Origin: an uncultured bacterium
GTDB taxonomy: Bacteria > Latescibacterota > UBA2968 > UBA8231
Direction of reading: 5' to 3'
Assembly (NCBI GenBank): GCA_964011675.1
Contig: CAXGPR010000002.1
Location: forward strand, 26,216 to 90,215
Length of the DNA: 64,000 bases
Shown here piece by piece: positions 8,052-17,050 of the stretch (position 1 is its first letter; each line of letters starts with the position of its first letter). The position numbers were made by a program, and so were the translations under genes. The notes under the pieces are model-generated. The model saw only the letters and a list, made by a program, of their open reading frames with translations, was not told the DNA's origin and did no database searches.

Positions 8052-9331
8052 TGGAAATCGCTAGCGCGTTCTGGATTGTACTAACGGGTTCGCTTGCATC
8101 TGCGTCCTGTGCGTTGCTCGGCACGTTTCTCGTGTTGCGCAAGATGTCGCTGCTCGGCGATGCACTGAGTCACGCTGTGTTGCCAGGTATTGCGATTGCT
8201 TTTCTGCTATCGGACAGTCGGGCAATTATACCTATGTTTGTTGGTGCTGCGCTTTGCGGCCTGCTGACGACGTTCCTAATAGAAGCTTTTCACCGCAAGT
8301 GGAACGTGCAGGAAGATGCCTCAATTGGTATTGTTTTTACCGCGCTCTTTGCTCTGGGCGTGGTCTTGGTTACGGCTTATGCTGGACAGGTCGATCTCGA
8401 TCAAGAATGCGTGCTGTATGGGGAGATCGCGTATACGCCGTGGGATACGCTGATCTGGAACGGGGTTGATGTGGGACCTCGCCCCGTATGGGTATTGAGT
8501 GCGGTCTTCATACTCAACATGCTTTTTGTGTGCACGCTCTACAAAGAATTAAAAATCGCGTCCTTTGACTCGGCCATGGCCATGGCGGTGGGAATCAACG
8601 CAACTCTCATACATTATTTGCTGATGGGTATGGTATCGCTGACCACGGTCGCAGCGTTTGAATCTGTGGGTGCTATTCTCGTTGTTGCCATGTTTATTGT
8701 GCCCGGAGCATCGGCCTACTTGTGGAGCGATCAACTAGTCACAATTCTTCGTCTTGCCGTGGTATTTGGTGTGCTTTCGGCCTGGGTTGGGTATTGGACG
8801 GCTGGTGTCTGGGGCAGTTCTATTGCTGGATCTATCGTTGCCGTGGCTGGGTTTATTTTCTTACTGTCGCTGCTATTTTCACCCAACCAGGGCATAATAG
8901 CGCGTTTGTGGCAGCACGCCACTCTTTCCGTGCAGGTGGCCCAAGATCATATGCTCTTGGCGCTCGTGCGGCATTTTGAGGTAGACGAGACACACCGCTC
9001 AAGTCGAGAAGATCTGCTGCAGGCGACTTCGGTCTCTTACTTGGTATCGCGATTAGCCTTGCAGTCATTAGAGAAGAGTAGGCTGGTTGTACACGACAAG
9101 GGGGGCTGGGCATTGGCTGCCGGAGGCAGACAGGAGGCGCTGCGCCTCCTGCGCAACCATCGCCTGTGGGAAACGTACCTAAGCGGGCTGGGTCTTCCGG
9201 AAAATAGGGTGCATGGCCCGGCCGATGCCGTAGAACATTTTATCGGCCGTCAGCTGGCTGCCGAACTGGGGGCCGAAGTAGACCAGTCGATAGATCCACA
9301 GGGCAAACAGATACCTATATCAGACGATTAG
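8051..9331 (+). CDS. Second ABC-3 metal permease (TroD/MntD-like), also with a fused C-terminal DtxR-like domain
   Basis: It has the ABC-3 N-terminus (LRKMSLLGDALSHAVLPG). The C-terminus is LALVRHFEV...LVSRLALQSLEKSRLV...RNHRLWETYL...PADAVEHFI. Confidence 0.8.
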   Translation: MEIASAFWIVLTGSLASASCALLGTFLVLRKMSLLGDALSHAVLPGIAIAFLLSDSRAIIPMFVGAALCGLLTTFLIEAFHRKWNVQEDASIGIVFTALFALGVVLVTAYAGQVDLDQECVLYGEIAYTPWDTLIWNGVDVGPRPVWVLSAVFILNMLFVCTLYKELKIASFDSAMAMAVGINATLIHYLLMGMVSLTTVAAFESVGAILVVAMFIVPGASAYLWSDQLVTILRLAVVFGVLSAWVGYWTAGVWGSSIAGSIVAVAGFIFLLSLLFSPNQGIIARLWQHATLSVQVAQDHMLLALVRHFEVDETHRSSREDLLQATSVSYLVSRLALQSLEKSRLVVHDKGGWALAAGGRQEALRLLRNHRLWETYLSGLGLPENRVHGPADAVEHFIGRQLAAELGAEVDQSIDPQGKQIPISDD

Positions 9332-9347
9332 ATTGATGCGTCGATGT

Positions 9348-9674
9348 CTATCCACCCGCACGTTTTGCTTTATAGCCTCGTTCGTCTAATGCCTGGACGA
9401 CCTTGTCTGCGTTGTCGCCCTGTATTTCGATAACGCCATTTTTAACCGAACCCCCTGTTCCACATAGCCGTTTGATCTCCGAAGCTAGCTCTTTCATCTG
9501 TGCATCGTTTAAATTTAAATCGGTGATGGTCGTAACAGTCTTTCCGCCTCTTCCTTTTTTCTCCCGGCGCACGCGAGCAATGCCGTCTCCGCTGCTACGT
9601 TGAACGGTCTCTTTTTTCTTTTCTGTAATGCGTCCGCGGTCGCTTGAATAGACCAGACGGCTGTTGTTTGTCAT
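9348..9674 (-). CDS. yciH: SUI1/YciH-family translation initiation factor homolog
   Basis: VRREKKGRGGKTVTTI..L......ELA..IK..CGTGGSVKNGVIEIQGD matches the SUI1 fold. Confidence 0.75.
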   Translation of the reverse strand: MTNNSRLVYSSDRGRITEKKKETVQRSSGDGIARVRREKKGRGGKTVTTITDLNLNDAQMKELASEIKRLCGTGGSVKNGVIEIQGDNADKVVQALDERGYKAKRAGG

Positions 9675-9689
9675 GAGATTTGTCTCCGT

Positions 9690-10751
9690 TTAATGCGTTT
9701 TTGACAGCGCTGCTTCTGTTCGGTTCTGCGCCGTCACCTGAGTGCTTGCAACGCAGTTACGTCCTGAGCGCTTTGCCTCATACAGCATTTGGTCAGCTCG
9801 TTTAAAGAACTCTTCGAAGGAAATCGGTCCGGCATTTTCTGATGGTGCTTCGGCTGCGAATTCAAGGCAGGCAATGCCTAAGCTAACGGTTATGCGCGTG
9901 CCATCTGGCGCCTGCAGGGCGCTTGCGGTTTTTTCACGCATGCGATCTGCCCATGTGACAGTAGAAGAAAGGTCGGTATCAGGTAGTATGACGATAAACT
10001 CTTCTCCTCCGTAGCGTGCGGCCATATCACTTCGGCGACAGGAGGCACTTATTAGGTCCGCAAGTTCTTTTAGTATGATGTCCCCGGCATTGTGGCCAAA
10101 GGTGTCATTTACGCGTTTGAAATAGTCTATATCGAAGACGACCATTGAAAGAGGGCGTTCGTGGCGGTAGGCCAGACTGATTTCTCGTTCGGAAAATTCG
10201 AGCAACATCTGACGGCTGTATAAGCCCGTGAGCGGATCGTGAAAAGCAATATATTCAAGTTCGTGCTGTACAGGCTGCGCTTTATCTACGATGCGCTGTG
10301 TGAGCGTCCATTTCAGCGCATTGAGAGTGTCCTCTTTGATGTTGTTCCCCCGCTGTTCATGGTCTCTAGCCAATGTTTTTTCAAAGTCGAGTAGGAGCTG
10401 CCAGATGAGTTCAGCAATGTGTCCGTCTATTAGCGTAACATTGTCATACTGGTGGCTTAGTATATGACGCTGTGCTATAGAGCGATTCGTTGCATTGATA
10501 AGCCAATCTACCGGCTGGGCATCGACCAATTGTTCCATTTCTGTATAGGTCTCTATCCCTGAAGCTCTAGCTAAATCTAGAGCTGGTGCATGTGAGTCGA
10601 TATCACAGATGCCCACAATAATGACCTGAGGAAGTCTAATCAGCGTCTGCAAGAGTGCTGTACCGCCGCGTCCTCCTCCAATGATGCCAATTTTCTTAAT
10701 TTCGCCTATGGTGACTTGCCTATGTTTATTCATCGCTGTAAACCTGTGCAC
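9690..10751 (-). CDS. Diguanylate cyclase (GGDEF) with an N-terminal Rossmann-like NAD(P)-binding domain
   Basis: The C-terminal GGDEF domain contains the RYGGEEF motif. The N-terminus is IGIIGGGRGG...VIIVGICDID..., which is Gfo/Idh/MocA-like. Confidence 0.8.
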   Translation of the reverse strand: MHRFTAMNKHRQVTIGEIKKIGIIGGGRGGTALLQTLIRLPQVIIVGICDIDSHAPALDLARASGIETYTEMEQLVDAQPVDWLINATNRSIAQRHILSHQYDNVTLIDGHIAELIWQLLLDFEKTLARDHEQRGNNIKEDTLNALKWTLTQRIVDKAQPVQHELEYIAFHDPLTGLYSRQMLLEFSEREISLAYRHERPLSMVVFDIDYFKRVNDTFGHNAGDIILKELADLISASCRRSDMAARYGGEEFIVILPDTDLSSTVTWADRMREKTASALQAPDGTRITVSLGIACLEFAAEAPSENAGPISFEEFFKRADQMLYEAKRSGRNCVASTQVTAQNRTEAALSKTH

Positions 10752-11018
10752 TGCATATTAACAACCTCTGACGGAACGTACGAGTTTTGGAGAAAAATAC
10801 GTTTGGCTCATAAGAGAGCGATGCGCTTTTTCTCGAAATAGACTCGGTCCCATTCTGCGTTCCATCCAGGACTTTGAGAGAGACGAACGTAGCCACTAAC
10901 GAGTAAGAGAGGATTCATCGGATCTATTTCTCGACTTAAATCATCGCGTGTGCTGGGCAAATACTCGTAGTAGCGGGTATTGCCAATTCAAATGACGAAA
11001 TAGAAATGCTGGTGACTT

Positions 11019-11924
11019 TCACTGGAGGTGTCTTGCATCTCTAATGCGGCCGACGACGGGACAGTAAATTGGATCTGCATAATTAGGGTGGCCCTTCGAG
11101 TCGGCTGTAAGTCCATCGTTTGGATGAGAAATTAGTTGGTCGTTATCATAGATTGCTCTGTACTGATTGCTGGCGGGCTGTAGGTGAAACGCGATTGAGC
11201 GTCTTGGATTTTGTGTATAGTTGGGACCGCTGCCGTGAATGGTTTTGCAGTGGTGGAACGTCACTTGGCCGCGCTGTAAAACAGCAGGAACCTTAACGAT
11301 AGGCGATCCGCCGCTGTTAAACTGTTTTTCAAGTCCGCTCAAGTCGGAAGAAAAAAAGTTCAAGTGGTTGTTTTCCGGCCAGTGCATGCTGCCTTCGACA
11401 AAAGTGATCGTACCAATGGACTCGTCCATGTCGGTGAAGGGAACCCACGCCGTGAGCATACTGTCGGCGCTACATGTGCGCCAGTAACCATAGTCGGTGT
11501 GCCATCCCACGCTTTGCGGTGTCTGGTCATCCGAGGGCGGCTTGTAAAGCAGCTGGTCGTGCCAGAGACGCACGTCGTCTTCGCATAGAAGTGCGGCTAT
11601 AAGGCCGAGAATCGGTTTGCGCAAGAGGGTGTTTAGTTCGGGCACGATGAGAGTTGAGAAATCATTTTTACGCAGGCAGTCGATGCCGTCTCCAGGATAC
11701 CATGCCAAGGAGTAGGTTCGATTGTTGGGCAATGTTATATCTCTTTTCTCTAAGCTCGCATAGTAGCGTTCGCATGCAGCGATTGCTGAATCTAAATCGT
11801 CTGCTGAGTAGATTTTTTTAGAGATGTAGTAGCCCGTTTTATGATAGCGCTCTACGTCTTCAGGTGTGGGGAGTAAAGCTGCAAGTTCATTATCTTCGGG
11901 TGATGTCGCTTTTCGATTACTCAT
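11019..11924 (-). CDS. Phytanoyl-CoA dioxygenase (PhyH) family Fe(II)/2-oxoglutarate oxygenase
   Basis: It has the HxD...H facial triad context (WHTDYGYW ... HHCKTIHGSGPN). An 8-nt overlap with the upstream gene indicates an operon. Confidence 0.7.
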   Translation of the reverse strand: MSNRKATSPEDNELAALLPTPEDVERYHKTGYYISKKIYSADDLDSAIAACERYYASLEKRDITLPNNRTYSLAWYPGDGIDCLRKNDFSTLIVPELNTLLRKPILGLIAALLCEDDVRLWHDQLLYKPPSDDQTPQSVGWHTDYGYWRTCSADSMLTAWVPFTDMDESIGTITFVEGSMHWPENNHLNFFSSDLSGLEKQFNSGGSPIVKVPAVLQRGQVTFHHCKTIHGSGPNYTQNPRRSIAFHLQPASNQYRAIYDNDQLISHPNDGLTADSKGHPNYADPIYCPVVGRIRDARHLQ

Positions 11925-14172
11925 ATCTCTTTTCCTCCATTAGTTTCGGGCCCCATTCTAACTCGTCTAGCGTGCCGTAGTCGCGCCAGCCGAAATCGTA
12001 ACGTATTTTGGGGATTTCAAATTCGAAAAACCAGCGAATGCTCATGGGCAAACGCTCTTCTCCCCAATAGCAGAGAAACAGGGCACAGCGTCCGGGTGGT
12101 GTATCTATAACACCTATGGGAGTTAGGTCGGAAAATAGCGCGTCGCTTTCTTCGCGTTGCAAATAGCGCTCTAATTGAGGTTGATGTGCTGCAGCTGCGT
12201 TGCCCGTGCCAGGTCGAAGCTTCAGTGGACCATCGTCGTTCCAGCGAGAGAGCCCCTCCACTTGGGGTATTTCGTCAACGTGCTCCAAATAGAATGGAGT
12301 GGTCCAGCCATATTCACCGTCAACTTGCTGTAATCGAAAATAGAGCCATTTACCAGGTAGCTCTTTTGGAGTAAGCTCGAACTCGATCGAGAAATCGAGT
12401 GCCGACGGTCGCCAGCTGCGCAGGCGATAGTTTCCGCATATCATATCTACGCGATCAATAGAAGCACACGCGTGGGATGAAAACGCAATGCGCAACGCAT
12501 CGCGCACCGGAATTTGTGCGCCCATAGGTTGCCTGTTGGCCGTGGCTTCAAGGTAGATACGCGCACCGGATGTAGCATAGGTGCGGCGAGTTTCTAGCGC
12601 ATGCCATAAAAAGTCGCGCGATAGCTCGGAAGAGTAAATGGCCGTGAGGGGGCCCGTTCCGTAGGCTGCATCGCGCTGCTGCATGGGGTACTTTTGACCA
12701 AACCGTCCGCGGAATGTTTCGACTGCGCGAGGCCCTCCCATCAGGCCTAAATGCAAGTCAGATGCGCCGCACAGCGCCGGCCGGTAGCCCAAGTTGAGGG
12801 CTTTTTGAAGTAACCATTCGGCGTTGCCAAAGCCCGAACTCACTTCTAATAGGCGCTCTCGCCGGGTGCGGTGTAGATCCCACCGAGGTGGATCGCCGCC
12901 GATGTGAACTTCTAACATGACGTCGTCGCGCTCGTCGTAAAGGGACTCTAGCTGAGGCATGGGTAGGCGCATTGAGGGTGGCGTAGGCTCTTCATAGTAC
13001 TTAAAAATGACCTGTCGGTCGCCTTCTTGGGGGTGTGCTTCATAACCCAAGAAAGGCACGTAGCGTCCCGGCTCGTCCATTTCTTCACACGCTTCTCGAT
13101 ACGGACGCCAAATGTCATCGCGGCGGTCTGGATCCATAGACATGGCTGCTGGGCAAGAGAAATCAAAGCGGCCTATATCACGCGCTTGGTGGTGTCGGCT
13201 CAGCGGCGTCAGCTTGGGAGAGGGTAGATGCATAAGGTGCATGGTCGAGTCTCCCCAACCGTGTGCGTGAACGTCTCCCCAGTAAACGCGCGAGCGCGGG
13301 TTCTCCTGCACGATGATGGGGTTGCTGTTAAAAGACCCCGCCTCGCTTGTTCCCGGTATTCGATATACACCGGGTGTTTTTATATGCACCTCGTTGAAGA
13401 TCTTCAATCCTCTATCTGAAGGTGAAAACGCGTGGCTGTCCGGCATGCCCCAAACGCCTTCGGGGGGTGTAAAGTCGACGGTGCCCCCATAGTCTTCGAC
13501 CAGATTGCGGTTGCGGTCGAAGACGCTGAAGTGGAGCGGAAAGGCTTCGCTAGGTGCTACGACGGTAGGACCCAGCAATCGAGCGTATCTAATGATGGGG
13601 TGGTGAACTAGGTGGAGTGAGTGTGGATTGCTGAGTGCACCAACAAAAAGCTTTTGGTCCGGTTCGGAAATGGCTAGGAGGAATTGGCCTTCTGTCGCCG
13701 ACCAGAATACTTCGCTCCCTACGCTGCCTCGGCTGCGATCGCCAATGTGAAGTGTGATATCTTCTCCTCGGCGGAGCACGCCAGAAACGATGTGAATCGT
13801 CAGCAAGTTGACTGCACTAGAGCCCACGCTCAGAGATAGCTCGGCCCCGCTACTGCTGCTGCTAATAGTGCAATAGTCGCGGCTGCGTGGGGCGTGGGTC
13901 TGTAGCGCGAAGGCAATCTGGGTATCGAAGCGTATAAGTGCGAGAGCTGATCCTGCTTTCAGGTCGGATTCCTGATTTGATATGCGTAAAATCCACGTGC
14001 CGCGCGTGCCGGTGATCAGCGGCTGGTTGAGTGCGTCTATGCGCTCGCCTGCAAGTGTTTCAAAGTGGACGTCCATGTGAAATGCAAGGCGACCGGGGAT
14101 ATAATGCTGCGGATAGGCAGTGCGGCGTTGCAAGTAAATATACTCCTTGGTAGCGTCGTTTATGGGGTGCAC
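11917..14172 (-). CDS. Large cytoplasmic protein with a DUF3604/PHP-like metal-dependent hydrolase motif
   Basis: It has a YWGDVHAHGWGDS motif and a later GASDLHLGLMGGP motif, both reminiscent of DUF3604. The N-terminal ~290 aa are an extra beta-rich region. Confidence 0.45.
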   Translation of the reverse strand: MHPINDATKEYIYLQRRTAYPQHYIPGRLAFHMDVHFETLAGERIDALNQPLITGTRGTWILRISNQESDLKAGSALALIRFDTQIAFALQTHAPRSRDYCTISSSSSGAELSLSVGSSAVNLLTIHIVSGVLRRGEDITLHIGDRSRGSVGSEVFWSATEGQFLLAISEPDQKLFVGALSNPHSLHLVHHPIIRYARLLGPTVVAPSEAFPLHFSVFDRNRNLVEDYGGTVDFTPPEGVWGMPDSHAFSPSDRGLKIFNEVHIKTPGVYRIPGTSEAGSFNSNPIIVQENPRSRVYWGDVHAHGWGDSTMHLMHLPSPKLTPLSRHHQARDIGRFDFSCPAAMSMDPDRRDDIWRPYREACEEMDEPGRYVPFLGYEAHPQEGDRQVIFKYYEEPTPPSMRLPMPQLESLYDERDDVMLEVHIGGDPPRWDLHRTRRERLLEVSSGFGNAEWLLQKALNLGYRPALCGASDLHLGLMGGPRAVETFRGRFGQKYPMQQRDAAYGTGPLTAIYSSELSRDFLWHALETRRTYATSGARIYLEATANRQPMGAQIPVRDALRIAFSSHACASIDRVDMICGNYRLRSWRPSALDFSIEFELTPKELPGKWLYFRLQQVDGEYGWTTPFYLEHVDEIPQVEGLSRWNDDGPLKLRPGTGNAAAAHQPQLERYLQREESDALFSDLTPIGVIDTPPGRCALFLCYWGEERLPMSIRWFFEFEIPKIRYDFGWRDYGTLDELEWGPKLMEEKRYE

Positions 14173-14290
14173 CGCGCAGGTCTGCAGCGCAGTTCGAAAT
14201 TCGTTTTAACAATGGACAATCTAATTGAAAATATAGTTTGAAATTTGGTCAAATAGGCCAATTGACTCTGCTCTTTGTCTAACGAGTCAC

Positions 14291-15118
14291 TTACATATCT
14301 GCGCCGCAGTGCTTGCAGAATTTGGCGTCGACGTCGTGCCCTTCACTGCTGCATTGGGGACAACTTTGCGTCGATATTATGCGCTTATTATTTTGCATGG
14401 CCCACTCGGCTGTTACGATTCCCGTTGGGACGGCGAGAATGGCATATCCAGTGATCATGAGAAAGGCCGCCACGGCTTGGCCCACGTTGGTCTGCGGTGA
14501 GATGTCACCGTAGCCAACCGTCGTTATAGTAACAATTGCCCAGTAGATACTGCGCGGTATGCTGGTGAACCCGTTTTCTCTCCCCTCAATGAGGTACATC
14601 ATAGCGCCAATTATGATGACTATGTGAATAACCGTGAAGTAAAAAATCATAATTTTTCTGCGACTAGAATGCAGCGCGCGCGTGAGTTGATGCGCCTCGC
14701 CAACATACTGAGCAAGCTTAAAGATGCGAAATATACGGAGAACGCGAAGTGAACGGATGACAAGTAAATACTGTGTGCCTGGGACAAAAATGCTTAAGTA
14801 AGTGGGAATGATCGAAAGGAAATCGACAATGCCGTAAAAGCTGAGTGCATAACGCAAAGGGCGTCCAACGCAAATTAGTCGCAGTGCATACTCAAAGGTG
14901 AATAAGAGCGTAAACAACCATTCTACAACGTATAGCAGGTAACCGTACTGTTCGTGAAGCGCTTGAATGCTGTCGAGCATTACGACGATAATGCTCAATG
15001 TGATGCAGACGATGAGAATTAGATCAAATGCTTTACCGCTAAAAGTGTCTGCTTCAAAGACAACTTCGTGCAGACGGTGGCGCCAGCGAGAGGTGGGGTC
15101 GCGTGTGTATTCTGTCAT
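14291..15118 (-). CDS. Voltage-gated-like potassium channel with a C-terminal zinc-ribbon
   Basis: It has the selectivity filter TTVGYGD. It has an S4-like segment, RSLRVLRIFRIFKL. The C-terminus is CPQCSSEG...CKHCGADM. Confidence 0.75.
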   Translation of the reverse strand: MTEYTRDPTSRWRHRLHEVVFEADTFSGKAFDLILIVCITLSIIVVMLDSIQALHEQYGYLLYVVEWLFTLLFTFEYALRLICVGRPLRYALSFYGIVDFLSIIPTYLSIFVPGTQYLLVIRSLRVLRIFRIFKLAQYVGEAHQLTRALHSSRRKIMIFYFTVIHIVIIIGAMMYLIEGRENGFTSIPRSIYWAIVTITTVGYGDISPQTNVGQAVAAFLMITGYAILAVPTGIVTAEWAMQNNKRIISTQSCPQCSSEGHDVDAKFCKHCGADM

Positions 15119-15184
15119 AACTATAGTAAAAGATATTAAAGATGTGAGACTTATGGAACTGAAAGATTTCGAAAGGAAGAGTGT

Positions 15185-16000
15185 ATGATAGAGCTGGCAA
15201 TGATGAGTAGTGTATGTCCAGACTGGAGTTTAGATGAGATTGTGGATGCGATGAAACGCCACGGATATAAGGGGTTAGAACCGCGTGTTGAATGGGGACA
15301 CGCCTGCGGTATAGAAGCTGACTTGAGTCCAGTTCAGAGGCGAGCGATCTATCGGCGCATGCAGGACGAAGGTTTAGACATATGCTGTATCGCAACAGGT
15401 GTGCGAATGGCAGAGCCCGATAGAAAGAAACGCGCGCAACATATAGAAGATCTAAAGCGACACATTGATCTTTCCGCAGACCTAGGCTGCGGATTCGTGC
15501 GCACATTTGGTGGGCAACGCGCTCGTGATCGCGAGTGGCAGTATATCGTAGACTACGTCGTAGAAGGATATACTGAGGTGGTCAGCTTTGCAGAAGAGCA
15601 TGGCGTCATTGTGCTGATGGAAACGCACGATGACTGGTGTAGTTCTCCGCCGGTGCGCGCGGTTGTTGAGAAAGTGGGACATGCGTATTTAAAAGTACTA
15701 TGGGATTTTATGCATACTCAGCGCGTGCTTGAAAAACCGGACGAAAGCTTTTCTATGTTGGTTGAGCACGTCGCTCATTTACACGCGCACGATGGACAGT
15801 ACGTAAATGGGAAAATGCAGGTTGGAGCGCTAGGAGAAGGCGTAATTGATCATCAGACTCCTTTGCACCTATTGAGAAAGGCTGGATTTGCCGGATACTT
15901 TTCTGTAGAGGTTATACACAAAATGGGTGCAGGAGCGGACGCGGGGAGCGTTATGGCGCAGTATGCGGATACATTTCGTCGCATGACCGTTTCATTATAG
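15185..16000 (+). CDS. Sugar phosphate isomerase/epimerase (xylose isomerase-like TIM barrel) family protein
   Basis: Its size and the motif pattern ...GYKGLEPR...GL.ICCIATG...H....L.......G..... match this family. Confidence 0.6.
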   Translation: MIELAMMSSVCPDWSLDEIVDAMKRHGYKGLEPRVEWGHACGIEADLSPVQRRAIYRRMQDEGLDICCIATGVRMAEPDRKKRAQHIEDLKRHIDLSADLGCGFVRTFGGQRARDREWQYIVDYVVEGYTEVVSFAEEHGVIVLMETHDDWCSSPPVRAVVEKVGHAYLKVLWDFMHTQRVLEKPDESFSMLVEHVAHLHAHDGQYVNGKMQVGALGEGVIDHQTPLHLLRKAGFAGYFSVEVIHKMGAGADAGSVMAQYADTFRRMTVSL

Positions 16001-16036
16001 GATCCGTTTTATGCGGTTCACGTGCGACTGGGTCGG

Positions 16037-17050
16037 TTAGCTCGCGCTTAAACCAGAGCGAAAAGCTACGAACTCATCCGGTAGGTCGGCTGTGAAATGC
16101 ATATTCCTACCGGTAATGGGATGTTCGAGGTTGAGCTGGTTGGCGTGAAGCATCATTCGTGGAGCGCGCTGGCCTTTGTCGTGCGGTTTTCCGTATATAG
16201 GTTCACCGACAATTGGACAGCCTATATGCGCCATGTGAATTCGTATTTGATGCGTACGACCGGTTTCTAAGCGCACTTTAAGTTCGCTTGCATGGGCAAA
16301 GCGCTGAATAACTTCAAAGTGGGTGATTGCTTTTTTACCCGCTACTCGATCGGCAACAACTGCCCGACGGCCATCCGCAGCGCGGCCAATACGGCCCGTT
16401 AGTGTATCTCGATTCTGCAGTGGTCCACCTACCACGATACAGCGATAGCGGCGGCGAGCGCCGTGTTTGGCAAATTGCACGGCGAGCATTTTCTGTGCAC
16501 GACGACTGCGTGAAAAGCACAGGCAACCGCTGGTCTCTTTGTCGAGCCTGTGTATATACCCAGTGAAGGGACGTTTATCCCCCTGCGCGCGCAGCCAACG
16601 GCGCAGATATTCGCTAACTGCTCCTCTCTCCCCTTGCTGCGTAGGAGCTGATAACACGCCGGCTTTTTTATCTATGACTACTATATCCTCGTCACAGTAA
16701 AGAACGCTGAACGGCAATTCTTCTTCGAGCGGTGCAAAGCGTGTTAGCTGATAATGCTTGTCGATGCCCTGGCGAAAGTCACAGCGAATAGAAGCACCCA
16801 ACGACGGAATGTGTGTAGGATCCTTGCAGACAGATCCGTCGACGGAAACCAGCGCAGCCCGTACTGCTTTTCGGGCCATGCTGCGGCTGAGGTCCGAAAG
16901 CTCTTCTGCTATCAGAGCAAAAAGAGGTTGGGAAGGATTGGTTACCTGCAGTTCATGTAAGCGGTAGAGTGCATTTTTTCTCACGTTAGACTTTGTCTGT
17001 AACGGCTTTGAGGCGGACGGGGGAGGATACCGAAGCACCGGAGTTGGCAA
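16037..17050 (-). CDS. RluA-family pseudouridine synthase (RluD-like, S4 plus catalytic domain)
   Basis: It has the catalytic motif HRLDKETSGCLCF and an S4-like N-terminus. The annotated start overlaps the next gene by 65 nt, so the true start is probably downstream of 17050. Confidence 0.75.
   Translation of the reverse strand: MPTPVLRYPPPSASKPLQTKSNVRKNALYRLHELQVTNPSQPLFALIAEELSDLSRSMARKAVRAALVSVDGSVCKDPTHIPSLGASIRCDFRQGIDKHYQLTRFAPLEEELPFSVLYCDEDIVVIDKKAGVLSAPTQQGERGAVSEYLRRWLRAQGDKRPFTGYIHRLDKETSGCLCFSRSRRAQKMLAVQFAKHGARRRYRCIVVGGPLQNRDTLTGRIGRAADGRRAVVADRVAGKKAITHFEVIQRFAHASELKVRLETGRTHQIRIHMAHIGCPIVGEPIYGKPHDKGQRAPRMMLHANQLNLEHPITGRNMHFTADLPDEFVAFRSGLSAS

Noticed and set aside
10808-10918. 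A 36-aa ORF (MNPLLLVSGYVRLSQSPGWNAEWDRVYFEKKRIALL) downstream of the PhyH gene in the 267-bp spacer.
   Set aside because: It is below any reasonable confidence threshold and has no RBS or motif evidence. I mention it only as the sole ORF-like feature of that spacer.
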